From an uncultured bacterium (GTDB lineage Bacteria; CAZDME01; JAYEMH01), in the NCBI GenBank assembly GCA_964506075.1, contig CAZDKO010000005.1, positions 1 through 62,527 on the forward strand: a stretch of 62,527 nt of DNA. The letters are read 5' to 3'. Numbering within the stretch: the first letter of the stretch is position 1; every line of letters begins with the position of its first letter. Shown here piece after piece: positions 29,597 to 39,027 of the stretch. The position numbers were made by a program, and so were the translations under genes. Under the pieces are notes generated by a model, which saw only the letters and a program-made list of their open reading frames with translations, made no database searches and was not told the origin of the DNA.

Positions 29597-32500
29597 TTTT
29601 TATCTCTCCTTCAAAATAGGTGAATTTCCCCGGCAATACCATCTCGGGATTATTTTTTTGATATTGCAGTAATCTGCCCTGGTAAAAAATGTCGCTATTT
29701 TCCACAATCGCCTGTAGATGTTTATCTTTTAAATTACATTTAAAAAATAAAGACGGGCACTTATCTCCTGAAACACCAATCCCCGCATTTGAAGCCGGAC
29801 CATTCCAAAAGCGGTAGGGAAGAATATCGTAATCACTGGTATACTGGTCAATAAAGTCACCCTGCATCATCCCTGGAATTATCCACTTTTTATAATTCGG
29901 CGAAACCATAATATTAGTTTGCTCTATCTCTAAATTTATAACCTCATATACTTCCATCTCTACTTTCCAATAAATCAAATCCGCTTTTCTTACCTCCACC
30001 TTCCATATCTGGGAAATAGGTAGATACGGCCAATTCCCGACCGCGGTTATTTTATCTCTACCGTTATTTTTTACCTGCCAGACCGGCTGATAAGAGTCAT
30101 GCCAGATACCTGAAGAGCGAATGGAAGTATAAATCCCCAGGCCGGTAGTTAATTCTTTATCCCTATATAATATTTTCCTGCTCATATTCTTTTCAAAGGC
30201 AAAATTTAAATGGCCTTTACTGATGTTTATAATATGGGCTGACGCCGCTTCTTTTTTAAATTGAACTTTCTCGCCTAAAGCAATTTTAGCTTTACCATAA
30301 GTGTACCGGCCCGGTTCAACCTTTGTCTCTTTTTTAGGAATAATCGGTGAAAAATCAAAACAGGCATATTCACCGTTTCTATCCTTTCTTTTATATGGGC
30401 TGAAAAGTTGTACGTGTGTTTTAGAGGAAACTTCAAAGAAAATATCCGGTAATGAACCGGGGTCAGATTTTAAAAGAACACTGGAAATTTTGTAATTGAG
30501 GAGCCGGCCGGGGGCAATATCTCCGGTGAACTGACAGGCGGAAAAATTACTTTTCTCATAAGGGGTTTCCCATTTTTTATATGTTCCTTTAAGTTCTAAT
30601 CCAATTTCCCTGTTGGCTAAAGAAATGGGCTTGCTGATCTCAATTATTATTTCGTTTTCCAGTGTGTTATGCTCACCCCATTTAAACTTCCAGATTTTGT
30701 TAACATCTACATTCTTATTTTTATAACTCAAGGTGACTCTTAATTCCTTTTCAGAGATTTTTTCCACCTGCCATTCGGCATCGAAAGAATGAAGATGCCA
30801 CCTTTGTTCTTCAACATATATTTTGCTGTATAATCCCCTGCCCGCGGTTAATTCTTTTTTCTTATAAAAAAGACTGAAACGTTTTTTATCGGAATCAATA
30901 AATAGCCGGTAATCACCTGAAGAGATCGTTTGTAATTTTTCTTTTTCAATGCGTTTCTGAATCTCTAAACGCTGTTCCTCAATCTTTCTGCGTTTTTCCA
31001 AGCGCTCTGCCTCAAGCCGCCTCTGCTTTTCCAGACGCTCTGCCTCAAGCCGCCTCTGCTTTTCCAGGCGTTCTGCCTCAAGCCGTCTCTTTCTTTCTAA
31101 ACGTTGTCTCTGGATTCGTTTCTGGATACGCAGTTCTTTTACTTTTAACAGACGCTCCTGCCTTTCTTTATTTATATAGTTAATAAGTTCGGTTTCATCA
31201 TTATTAATCTCTATGGTAATTAAAAAGGGAATTTGTTTCTTCCCTTTTAGATTCTCCCCGGACAGACTGAGCTCCAGATTACGAAATTTATTTTCCCTGT
31301 CGCTGTTTTGTATAATATCAGAGAATCCCTGGTTATTTTCGAAAATCACGGCCGGATAATCCATTACTTTTCTCACTCCGAATAGTTTGGCACCTTTATC
31401 TTTCAAAGGCATATCTTCCCAGAGATTAAAATTCTCAGGGAATCTGCCTTTTTGATAAGAGGAAAACCATTCTTTATAAGCCGGCACTAAGTTTATACCG
31501 GCTTTAAAAATATCGAGTTTGGCCGATTGCCTTGCTTCAAAAGTAATTTCCCAAAGGAGTTTGTTATTACCGCCTAGAGAAAGCTTCCATTTCTCAGATA
31601 AAAAAAGAGCGTCCCATGAAAAAGAAAAAAGAAGTTCTTCATTTTTCTTTTCCACAACCATATTATCAGCGGAAGAAAGACCGAACCAGCGGTTATTAAT
31701 GAAAAACGAATTGTTTAGACCATTGCCCTTAGTTATTTCTTTATCTCCATAATAAATTTTCACTTTTTTTTCTTTCACATCCGCATAAACCTTCAACCCA
31801 TTTTTAGAAATAGTATGCGAAGCAATAAAAAGCTGTTTTTGCTGCTTGATTACGCTTCCATCATTTAAAAAACTGATTTCCCCCGAAAAACAATTATATC
31901 TGCCGGCAGAAAATTCTTTGTCACTGAAATAGAACTGCAAAATTCTACATTTTAATTTATCGTCACTATTCTGTATAAGCGGGAAAATGCCGTTATCTCC
32001 ACCCAGTTTTGATAATATTACCGACGGCATATTCTCTTCTTTTTTCACGCCGAGTATTTTCGCCTTTTTATCTTCTAAGGGCATATCTTCCCAGAAATTG
32101 AAATCGGCTGGGAATTTTCCTTCCTGATAGGAACAGAACCATTTTTTATAATCCGGCACTACATTTAATCCTGCCTTAAAAAGTTCAAATTTCAGTGGCT
32201 GCGCAAATTCACAATTTATTTCCCATAAAAGCTCCATATTTACGAAAAGCAGCTTCCATTTTTCAATCAAAGGAAGGGAAACCCACGAAAAGGAAAGAAA
32301 AAGCTGGTTATCCTTCTTTTCTATCATCCAGTTATCAGAAGAACAAATGTCGTACCAACGATTATTAACCATAAAGATACTGTTCAGTCCGCTTCTTTTG
32401 GTAATTTCTTTATCCTTATAATAAATTTTCACTCTTTTTTCCCTGATATCCGCATAAACTTTAAAATCGCCTTCGCCAATAAAGTTTGAAGCGGCAAAAT

Positions 32501-34571
32501 CTTTTTTAAATACATCAATAACAGTTCCATCTTCCAAAACCTTTACTTTCCCCTTACAAAAAATTTGCCTCCCTCCGGCAAGACTTTTATTTTCTTCATA
32601 AATCTGTAAAAGGCGGCATCTTACTTCCCGGTCACTATTCTGGATAAGCGGATAAATATTTTCTGCATTCTTCCGGTAATCCATAATTACAGCCGGTAAG
32701 TTTCCTTCTTTTCTTAAACCGAACAGTTTATTTCTATTGTCTATCAAAAGCATATCCTGCCAGGAACCAAACTGTTGCGGGAAACTTTCTTCCTGATAGG
32801 AACAGAACCAATTTTTGTAATCCCCCTGAAAGCTGATACCGGCCTTTAAAATATTGAACTTTATATCCCCCTTTGATTCTAAAATAATCTCCCAGGAAAA
32901 TTCATCCTCTTTATTAAAGGAAAGATCCCATTTTTGGATAAAAGAAAGTTCTTCCCAGGATAGAGTGATAAAAAGATGATTGTCTTTCTTCTCCATTTTC
33001 CATTCGCATAAGCTGGTATCGTATAAACGTTCATTAACTATAAAACAACTATGGAGTCCGTTCCTTTTAGTGATTTCTTTCCCGGAATAAAAAATCCTTA
33101 AAGCTTTAGTTTCTATATCAGCATATATGATTAAAGAACCCCTGGATATGCTTCTTAAAGAGATTAATTCTTTTTCCAATTCTTCCTGTCGCTTTTTAAA
33201 ATCACCCTCAGCCTTTTCTATATAAAGACTAAATTCTTTTTCTTCCGGTAGTATTCTGACTGTTCCGGAAAAGGGGTTTTCTCCTGTAAAATCTCCTTCT
33301 ATCACCCTGCCTTCTACATCATAACCCGTATTTAAAACCTTAAGATGGCAATCCTTCTCGGGAAATTCAATACCCAGATAAGGAAGATCATTTCCCTGAT
33401 TAAAATCAGCGTTGCCGAGAACCACTATATGACCTTGATAGGCCCCCAGATTCATCTCCTGCCATTTATTTTTAAAAGAAAAAGGGAGAAAGTTCTGCCG
33501 GCTCTCTAAAGTAATCCATTCTTTATATTCAGAAGGACACATAAAGAAAATCTGCTTATCCGTAAAAGAGGCCTCTTCGGATTCTATAGAAACCGTCCAT
33601 TTAAACCGGCGATCATCTTTAATTTCAATTTCCCATATTACCGTCGCCGGCAAATAATGATAAATACCTTTAGCTATAATTTTATCTTTATCTTTGCCAG
33701 CTATCTTCCAGTCAAGGTCTATAGAGAAAATGCGGGTGTTGGTATCTGAATGGAAAAAGGAACAATATAATCCGGAATATTTGGTCAGAGGGGAATCCTT
33801 CCAGTTAATAAATATTTTGCCATTATTAAACAAAATTCCCAAATCGCCTCTTTTAAGCTCTTCAATACCTTTGTCTTCGCCTACTGTTTCTAAATATCTG
33901 GATATTATCTTTTGCGGAGGCCCTTCCTGCACCAACCTTCCTTTATCTAAAAAAACCGCCCGGTCACAGAGTTTTTTAATCATGTTCATGTCGTGGCTAA
34001 CCAGAATAACCGTTTTATCGCTGTCCCTTAATTCAAATATTTTTTTTAAACACTTTATCTGCGCTTCTTCATCTCCCACCGCCAAAATGTCATCAATTAA
34101 AAAGATATCCGGCTCGACATGAATAGCTAAACCAAAAGCCAGTCTTAAATACATCCCTGAGGAGTAGTATTTAATGGGTGCATCGATAAAATTACCGATG
34201 CCGACGAATTCTACTATTTCCTCTATTTTTTCTTCAATTTCTTCGGCCGAAATTCCGTAAAGATTAGCATTGAAATAAATGTTTTCCCTGCCGGTTAACT
34301 CAGGATGAAATCCCGCTCCCAATTCCATAAGAGAAGAAATCCGGCCTTTGGTTTCAACCGTCCCTTTATCCGGGATTAACATCCCGGCTATCAACTTCAG
34401 AAGGGTTGTTTTGCCGGCTCCATTCTCACCAATAATCCCGACAATCTCTCCTTTGGTAACCGTAAAATTTATGTTTTGCAGAGCCCAAAATTCATCCCAG
34501 GTGACAATTTTATTACGAATAAATTTGATACGGTATTTTTCCCAGACATCCTTGAATTCAATTACCTTCAT
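29580..34571 (-). CDS. wzt: Giant polysaccharide ABC exporter ATPase (Wzt/TagH-like, 1663 aa) with a six-repeat C-terminal extension
   Basis: Walker A GENGAGKT, signature YSSGM, Walker B LIDD, LAVGD and SHD in the first ~235 aa; ELGAGFHPELTGREN is typical of Wzt. Adjacent to wzm. Confidence 0.9.
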   Translation of the reverse strand: MKVIEFKDVWEKYRIKFIRNKIVTWDEFWALQNINFTVTKGEIVGIIGENGAGKTTLLKLIAGMLIPDKGTVETKGRISSLMELGAGFHPELTGRENIYFNANLYGISAEEIEEKIEEIVEFVGIGNFIDAPIKYYSSGMYLRLAFGLAIHVEPDIFLIDDILAVGDEEAQIKCLKKIFELRDSDKTVILVSHDMNMIKKLCDRAVFLDKGRLVQEGPPQKIISRYLETVGEDKGIEELKRGDLGILFNNGKIFINWKDSPLTKYSGLYCSFFHSDTNTRIFSIDLDWKIAGKDKDKIIAKGIYHYLPATVIWEIEIKDDRRFKWTVSIESEEASFTDKQIFFMCPSEYKEWITLESRQNFLPFSFKNKWQEMNLGAYQGHIVVLGNADFNQGNDLPYLGIEFPEKDCHLKVLNTGYDVEGRVIEGDFTGENPFSGTVRILPEEKEFSLYIEKAEGDFKKRQEELEKELISLRSISRGSLIIYADIETKALRIFYSGKEITKRNGLHSCFIVNERLYDTSLCEWKMEKKDNHLFITLSWEELSFIQKWDLSFNKEDEFSWEIILESKGDIKFNILKAGISFQGDYKNWFCSYQEESFPQQFGSWQDMLLIDNRNKLFGLRKEGNLPAVIMDYRKNAENIYPLIQNSDREVRCRLLQIYEENKSLAGGRQIFCKGKVKVLEDGTVIDVFKKDFAASNFIGEGDFKVYADIREKRVKIYYKDKEITKRSGLNSIFMVNNRWYDICSSDNWMIEKKDNQLFLSFSWVSLPLIEKWKLLFVNMELLWEINCEFAQPLKFELFKAGLNVVPDYKKWFCSYQEGKFPADFNFWEDMPLEDKKAKILGVKKEENMPSVILSKLGGDNGIFPLIQNSDDKLKCRILQFYFSDKEFSAGRYNCFSGEISFLNDGSVIKQQKQLFIASHTISKNGLKVYADVKEKKVKIYYGDKEITKGNGLNNSFFINNRWFGLSSADNMVVEKKNEELLFSFSWDALFLSEKWKLSLGGNNKLLWEITFEARQSAKLDIFKAGINLVPAYKEWFSSYQKGRFPENFNLWEDMPLKDKGAKLFGVRKVMDYPAVIFENNQGFSDIIQNSDRENKFRNLELSLSGENLKGKKQIPFLITIEINNDETELINYINKERQERLLKVKELRIQKRIQRQRLERKRRLEAERLEKQRRLEAERLEKQRRLEAERLEKRRKIEEQRLEIQKRIEKEKLQTISSGDYRLFIDSDKKRFSLFYKKKELTAGRGLYSKIYVEEQRWHLHSFDAEWQVEKISEKELRVTLSYKNKNVDVNKIWKFKWGEHNTLENEIIIEISKPISLANREIGLELKGTYKKWETPYEKSNFSACQFTGDIAPGRLLNYKISSVLLKSDPGSLPDIFFEVSSKTHVQLFSPYKRKDRNGEYACFDFSPIIPKKETKVEPGRYTYGKAKIALGEKVQFKKEAASAHIINISKGHLNFAFEKNMSRKILYRDKELTTGLGIYTSIRSSGIWHDSYQPVWQVKNNGRDKITAVGNWPYLPISQIWKVEVRKADLIYWKVEMEVYEVINLEIEQTNIMVSPNYKKWIIPGMMQGDFIDQYTSDYDILPYRFWNGPASNAGIGVSGDKCPSLFFKCNLKDKHLQAIVENSDIFYQGRLLQYQKNNPEMVLPGKFTYFEGEIKIAPDE
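30994..31092 (-). repeat. 33-bp tandem repeat x3 in wzt encoding (RLEAERLEKQR)n, a charged coiled coil
   Basis: Units start at 30994, 31027 and 31060 (plus strand: ttttccaagcgctctgcctcaagccgcctctgc and variants). Confidence 0.9.
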
Positions 34572-34572
34572 T

Positions 34573-35349
34573 CTAAATCCTTTTCAGAATAAACGATTCT
34601 TTTTTAACAAAAAATATATACCCGATAGAAAAACTGGCCAGAGCAATTAAAAAACCACCCAGACACATAAGCAAATTCGGTAATTCGGCCTGATATAAAA
34701 TCTGCCTGTATAAAGTTACATAATAAGTCATGGGGTTTAAAAGGCAAATCCAACGGTAAGGCCAGGGAATCATATCCAGGCTGTAGAATATGGGTGTAAT
34801 CCAGAAAGCTATCATTAACGTAACCGGTATTAAATGATTTAAATCCCTGAAAGATACGGTTAAAGCAGATAATAATAAACCCAGACCCAAAACAAAAATC
34901 AACTGCAATATCAGAGGAATGACCAAAAACGGTAAAACCACCAGAACCTTAACCTGAGCAAAAATAAAAAGAGGCAATAAAACAATAAACCCGAAAAGAA
35001 AATTCAAAAAATTAGCCAGAATATTAGAAAGCGGCAGAATCTCCCTGGGAAAAGTAGCCTGTTTTAAAAGCTGAAGGTTCCCCACTATAGAAATTACCGA
35101 TTCCCCCAACGCATTGCTAAAAAACAAAAACGGGATTATAGCGGAAAGAGCAAACAGAGGGAAATTTTCAATCCTGACTTTAAAAATTACCGTAAATATA
35201 AAGTTAATGGCTAAAGCTAATATCAATGGGACTATTACCGCTAAAGAAAGGCCCAGAGTCGTACCGGAATATTTTGCCTTTAGCTGTTTTACGGTTAAAT
35301 CTTTAAGCACCCTTCTATTAACAAACAGTATTTTGAGTTTGGTTATCAT
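34573..35349 (-). CDS. wzm: Polysaccharide ABC exporter permease (Wzm)
   Basis: LKAKYSGTTLG, FPREILPLS, FRDL, FWITPIFY and LNPMTYYV; six TM segments. Confidence 0.92.
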   Translation of the reverse strand: MITKLKILFVNRRVLKDLTVKQLKAKYSGTTLGLSLAVIVPLILALAINFIFTVIFKVRIENFPLFALSAIIPFLFFSNALGESVISIVGNLQLLKQATFPREILPLSNILANFLNFLFGFIVLLPLFIFAQVKVLVVLPFLVIPLILQLIFVLGLGLLLSALTVSFRDLNHLIPVTLMIAFWITPIFYSLDMIPWPYRWICLLNPMTYYVTLYRQILYQAELPNLLMCLGGFLIALASFSIGYIFFVKKESFILKRI

Positions 35350-36635
35350 AGCGTATACGCTTTAGCCAGTTGAGATGCCTTTTCCCCGTCTAAGATTGAT
35401 TCTTCCATTGACATATAACTCCACCGCCCATATCTACCGACGGGAAAAATCTGGACGGAATTCAGAAAATCCAGAATTTTCTTCTGGGAATTTTGGTAAT
35501 TATGGTCAGAAAGAATGTAAGCATATTTAAAATCGTTCTCATCGGTAACCAGTATTTTATCTTTGGGTTTTAATATTTGAGTTTTATATAAGTCTTCAAT
35601 GATTCTCGTTTTTAATTTTTCTTTATCTACCGGGCGGTTAGAAGAATAGGACACTTCGGCATACAAAGAACTTTTACCCTTAGGGACAACATCCTTGGAA
35701 AAATTCATCGGGAAACCGAGCCGGAAAAAAATAAACTCATCTTCAGGGAAATAAATCCAGTGTTTATCGGTTATCCTATCCCTGTCAATGCCAAGATTCA
35801 AGTTGTAGACTGAAATATAGTTCAGTAATTTAGCGGCTTCAACCATATCTTCCGGTTTTTCATCCAAGTTTTTCATCAGCTCTATCAGCGGTATGGTTGA
35901 AAATAAACATTCGTACCCTACTTTACTTTCATCGGTAAAAATAACGGTCTTTTCTTTCCAGTTGACCGATTTAACTTCTTTACCCAGGTAGACGTGATTG
36001 ATATTTTTATTTAAGCTGTCAATAAGATTTTTAATCCCGCCTTTCTGGGGATACCAGAAATTTACATTATAGCCAAAAGACTTCTTACTGCGCCTCCAGG
36101 CCCCTTCCAAAACTTCTGAAATAGTGGGAACAGGCACCAGATTTTCCACCCAGGAACAGTCTATTTCTTCCAGCGGAACCGTCCAGAATTTAACGTTATA
36201 TGGTTTCAAAAAATGCTCAACTATTCCTTTGCCAAATTTATTAAGACACCATTCTAAAAAATTAGCCGGCTCCTCTTCCGAAAAATTTTTCCTTTTTAAA
36301 ACACCCTGGATACACTCGTGGGTTAATTCCTGAGGCAGATAATAAAGGTTGGCCTGAAAGGGATAGGGCACATAGGTTTTCTGGAAGTAAATCCACGCCC
36401 GTCGTTTATGTTTTACGAGATTATCAGGTAAAAGTTCTTTAATGAAGTTAAACCCTTTTTGGGTTTGAAAATGCAGAAGATGCCCGCTGTAATCAAAAAT
36501 AAAACCATCTATATATTTTGAACGACAGAGGCCGCCTATCTCCGCATTTTTCTCATAAACTTCATACTCTCCTTTTAGGTGATAAGCAAGGCTTAATCCG
36601 GTTAACCCGGCTCCTAATATTACAATCTTGGCCAT
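35346..36635 (-). CDS. FAD-dependent oxidoreductase, UDP-galactopyranose-mutase/protoporphyrinogen-oxidase-like
   Basis: GAGLTG dinucleotide fold, EK...GGLCRS, FDYSGH, VPYPFQ and GRYGRW; lies in a glycan locus. Confidence 0.7.
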   Translation of the reverse strand: MAKIVILGAGLTGLSLAYHLKGEYEVYEKNAEIGGLCRSKYIDGFIFDYSGHLLHFQTQKGFNFIKELLPDNLVKHKRRAWIYFQKTYVPYPFQANLYYLPQELTHECIQGVLKRKNFSEEEPANFLEWCLNKFGKGIVEHFLKPYNVKFWTVPLEEIDCSWVENLVPVPTISEVLEGAWRRSKKSFGYNVNFWYPQKGGIKNLIDSLNKNINHVYLGKEVKSVNWKEKTVIFTDESKVGYECLFSTIPLIELMKNLDEKPEDMVEAAKLLNYISVYNLNLGIDRDRITDKHWIYFPEDEFIFFRLGFPMNFSKDVVPKGKSSLYAEVSYSSNRPVDKEKLKTRIIEDLYKTQILKPKDKILVTDENDFKYAYILSDHNYQNSQKKILDFLNSVQIFPVGRYGRWSYMSMEESILDGEKASQLAKAYTL

Positions 36636-36640
36636 TTTTT

Positions 36641-37642
36641 CTACTCTACTCTAACCATTCCCATCTTTTTGGTTAAAATTACTAAAAAGATTATCACTAT
36701 CACCAAAATACACAACCCGAATAAGTCAGAAGTTAAACTGATTAGCAAAGCGGCGATACTCAGCCCGATACTTAAAATAAACATTCTTATAAGCGCGCCT
36801 TTTTCGGAATATCCTTTAGCTAAAAATCGCATTACCAGGTGGTCTTTGGTCTTTAGAAAAATTGACTTCCTTCTGATAATCCGCATTAACATAACAAAGA
36901 AGGTGTCGTATATAGGGAGAGTCAAAATAACCAGCGGCGTTAAAAGGGTGACGCGCTGCCCCATAGGGGCATATCTTAAAATAATCGCCAAAGCACTAAA
37001 AATAAACCCTAAAAACAGACTACCGGAATTTCCCAAAAAAATCTTGGCTGGAGGGAAATTATATCTTAAAAAAGCCAATAAACTTCCGGCCAGGGTAATT
37101 GATATAACCGCCACAAGAAAATTCCCTCCGATTAAAGCAAATGTAAAAAAAGTTAAAGCAATAATTAAAGATATTCCGCCGCATAAACTATCCATTATAT
37201 CAAGAAGGTTTAAAGCATTGGTAATACCCACTATCCAGAGAATGGTTATAACTAAATTTAGGGAGGGAGACAAATAAATAATTTCCGTCTTTACCCCGAA
37301 ACAAATCAAGATGAGAGCTACTAAAAACTGGGAAACAATCTTAATTAAAGGAGAGAGTTCTATCCTGTCGTCAACAAACCCGACTAAAAGCATTAAAGTT
37401 CCCCCGATCAAGATGCCCTGGGTAATTTTTAAAAAGAGAATCTTGGGATTAAGTAAAACAATTATCAGAAAAGTTATATAAATTCCGATGCCGCCTAAAC
37501 TGGGGACGGTAACTTTATTTTCCAGAAAATTTTCGTGAGTTTCAACAAGATTGATTTTCCAGGCAAAGCGGATTAAAAAACGAATCAATAAAAAATTTAT
37601 CAGGATGGATAAGAAGCAAAATAATATCGATTTAATTAACAT
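36641..37642 (-). CDS. Polyprenyl-phosphate HexNAc-1-P transferase (WecA/TagO, MraY-like family)
   Basis: PSLGG, GFVDD, NALNLLDIMDSL, YNFPPAKIFLGNSGS, PIYDT and KDHL. Confidence 0.9.
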   Translation of the reverse strand: MLIKSILFCFLSILINFLLIRFLIRFAWKINLVETHENFLENKVTVPSLGGIGIYITFLIIVLLNPKILFLKITQGILIGGTLMLLVGFVDDRIELSPLIKIVSQFLVALILICFGVKTEIIYLSPSLNLVITILWIVGITNALNLLDIMDSLCGGISLIIALTFFTFALIGGNFLVAVISITLAGSLLAFLRYNFPPAKIFLGNSGSLFLGFIFSALAIILRYAPMGQRVTLLTPLVILTLPIYDTFFVMLMRIIRRKSIFLKTKDHLVMRFLAKGYSEKGALIRMFILSIGLSIAALLISLTSDLFGLCILVIVIIFLVILTKKMGMVRVE

Positions 37643-37668
37643 GGTTATTGTGAGTGCCTGACGGCCGG

Positions 37669-38799
37669 TTAAAAGGCTTTATAAAGATTAATTGTATCTT
37701 TTACCATCTTCCCGGGATCGAATGGCCCTTTTAGAAAAACTTCCTGCCCTTTTCTACCCATTTTTTGGCTTAGCGTTTTATCTCGCAATAAATTTAAAAT
37801 CGCCCGGGCTAAAGATTGATAATCCCCCGGTGCGATTAAAAAACCCGTCTCTTTATCTAAAACTATCTCTCTTACTCCGTCTACCGCTGTAGCTACCACC
37901 GGAAGACCGGCAGCCATAGCCTCCAGAATGGATATGGGCATTCCCTCCCATAATGAAGATAGAACAAAAATTTCCATGGTCGCTAATAAATCCGGGATAT
38001 CCTTCCGCCACCCAGAGAAAACTACCTTTTCCTTCAAGTTCAATCTGTCCACCAAGCTCTCCAGAGAAGGGCGAAGGTAACCATCACCAATAATAAGGAA
38101 AGTAGATCCCGGTAAATTTTCCTGGACTATAGCCGCTGCTTTTAAAAAATCATTCAGGGCTTTTTGAGGCTTAAAACAAGAAATGGTTCCGACTATCTCC
38201 CCGGAAAACCCTAAATTTTTCTTTATTACATTTTTGTTTCTCTCTGACAAGAAACTTTCTTTCTCTACCCCATAATAGATGCACTGGTATTGATCTTTCT
38301 TCCCTATTCCGGCTTTTAATCCTTTACGGATAATCTCTTTACTCACAGCGATTAAACGAGTGGTAATTTTAGCCGTCCACCGTTCAAGAGAAACATATAA
38401 CTTCCTCTTCAGCCAATTCTGTCTATCATAGAACGCAAAACCGTGAATCGTATGTATAATTACCGGTGTCCCCGCCAATTTAGCGGCCCAACGTCCCAGA
38501 ATTCCCGCTTTGGAACTATGAGTATGAACAATATCAAACCTTTCATTTTTTATTAATTTATATAAAATAAAAAAGGCTTTTATATCATTAAATAGGCTGA
38601 TGGGACGAATTAAATAAGGAATCAGTTTAACCTTAAGGCCAGGAATAGCTAAAGCGTCTCGAAGTAAAATACCTTTATCTTGGGTGGCCAACCAGATTTC
38701 AAAGTCTCCATCCAGATGAGATATCGTGTATAAAAGTTGCTTCTGTGCTCCTCCTAGTTCAAGCTTAGTAATGGCATATAATAATCTTATTTTTCTCAC
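37669..38799 (-). CDS. GT4 family glycosyltransferase
   Basis: LGGAQ, DIVHTHSSKAG, HTIHG, FVLSSLWEGMPISILEAMAAG. GTG start; first gene of the operon. Confidence 0.92.
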   Translation of the reverse strand: MRKIRLLYAITKLELGGAQKQLLYTISHLDGDFEIWLATQDKGILLRDALAIPGLKVKLIPYLIRPISLFNDIKAFFILYKLIKNERFDIVHTHSSKAGILGRWAAKLAGTPVIIHTIHGFAFYDRQNWLKRKLYVSLERWTAKITTRLIAVSKEIIRKGLKAGIGKKDQYQCIYYGVEKESFLSERNKNVIKKNLGFSGEIVGTISCFKPQKALNDFLKAAAIVQENLPGSTFLIIGDGYLRPSLESLVDRLNLKEKVVFSGWRKDIPDLLATMEIFVLSSLWEGMPISILEAMAAGLPVVATAVDGVREIVLDKETGFLIAPGDYQSLARAILNLLRDKTLSQKMGRKGQEVFLKGPFDPGKMVKDTINLYKAF

Positions 38800-38839
38800 A
38801 ATATAAAGATATTTTAAACTGTTTATAAATTACATATAG

Positions 38840-38868
38840 ATTATAGAAAGATTTCCTGTCTTTGTCAA
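38840..38868 (-). promoter_or_regulatory. Consensus sigma70 promoter for the glycan/rSAM operon
   Basis: Minus-strand TTGACA (38868-38863), 17-bp spacer, TATAAT (38845-38840); ~40 bp upstream of the GT4 start. Confidence 0.8.
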
Positions 38869-39027
38869 TGAGGAAAATTCCGGGGTCCTATTTATCCAGG
38901 TTACGCACAGGTTAGATATTATCAGATTTTATATGTTTTACATAAAAACCGGTTTTTTTCCCTTTTATAAATTTTACCTTTATGCTAATATGGTTTCCAC
39001 TAAAAATTCAAGATAAAGGGCGGGGCT

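Noticed and set aside
30994-31092. CRISPR-like repeat
   Set aside because: The units are contiguous with no spacers, in frame inside a CDS, and no cas genes are present.
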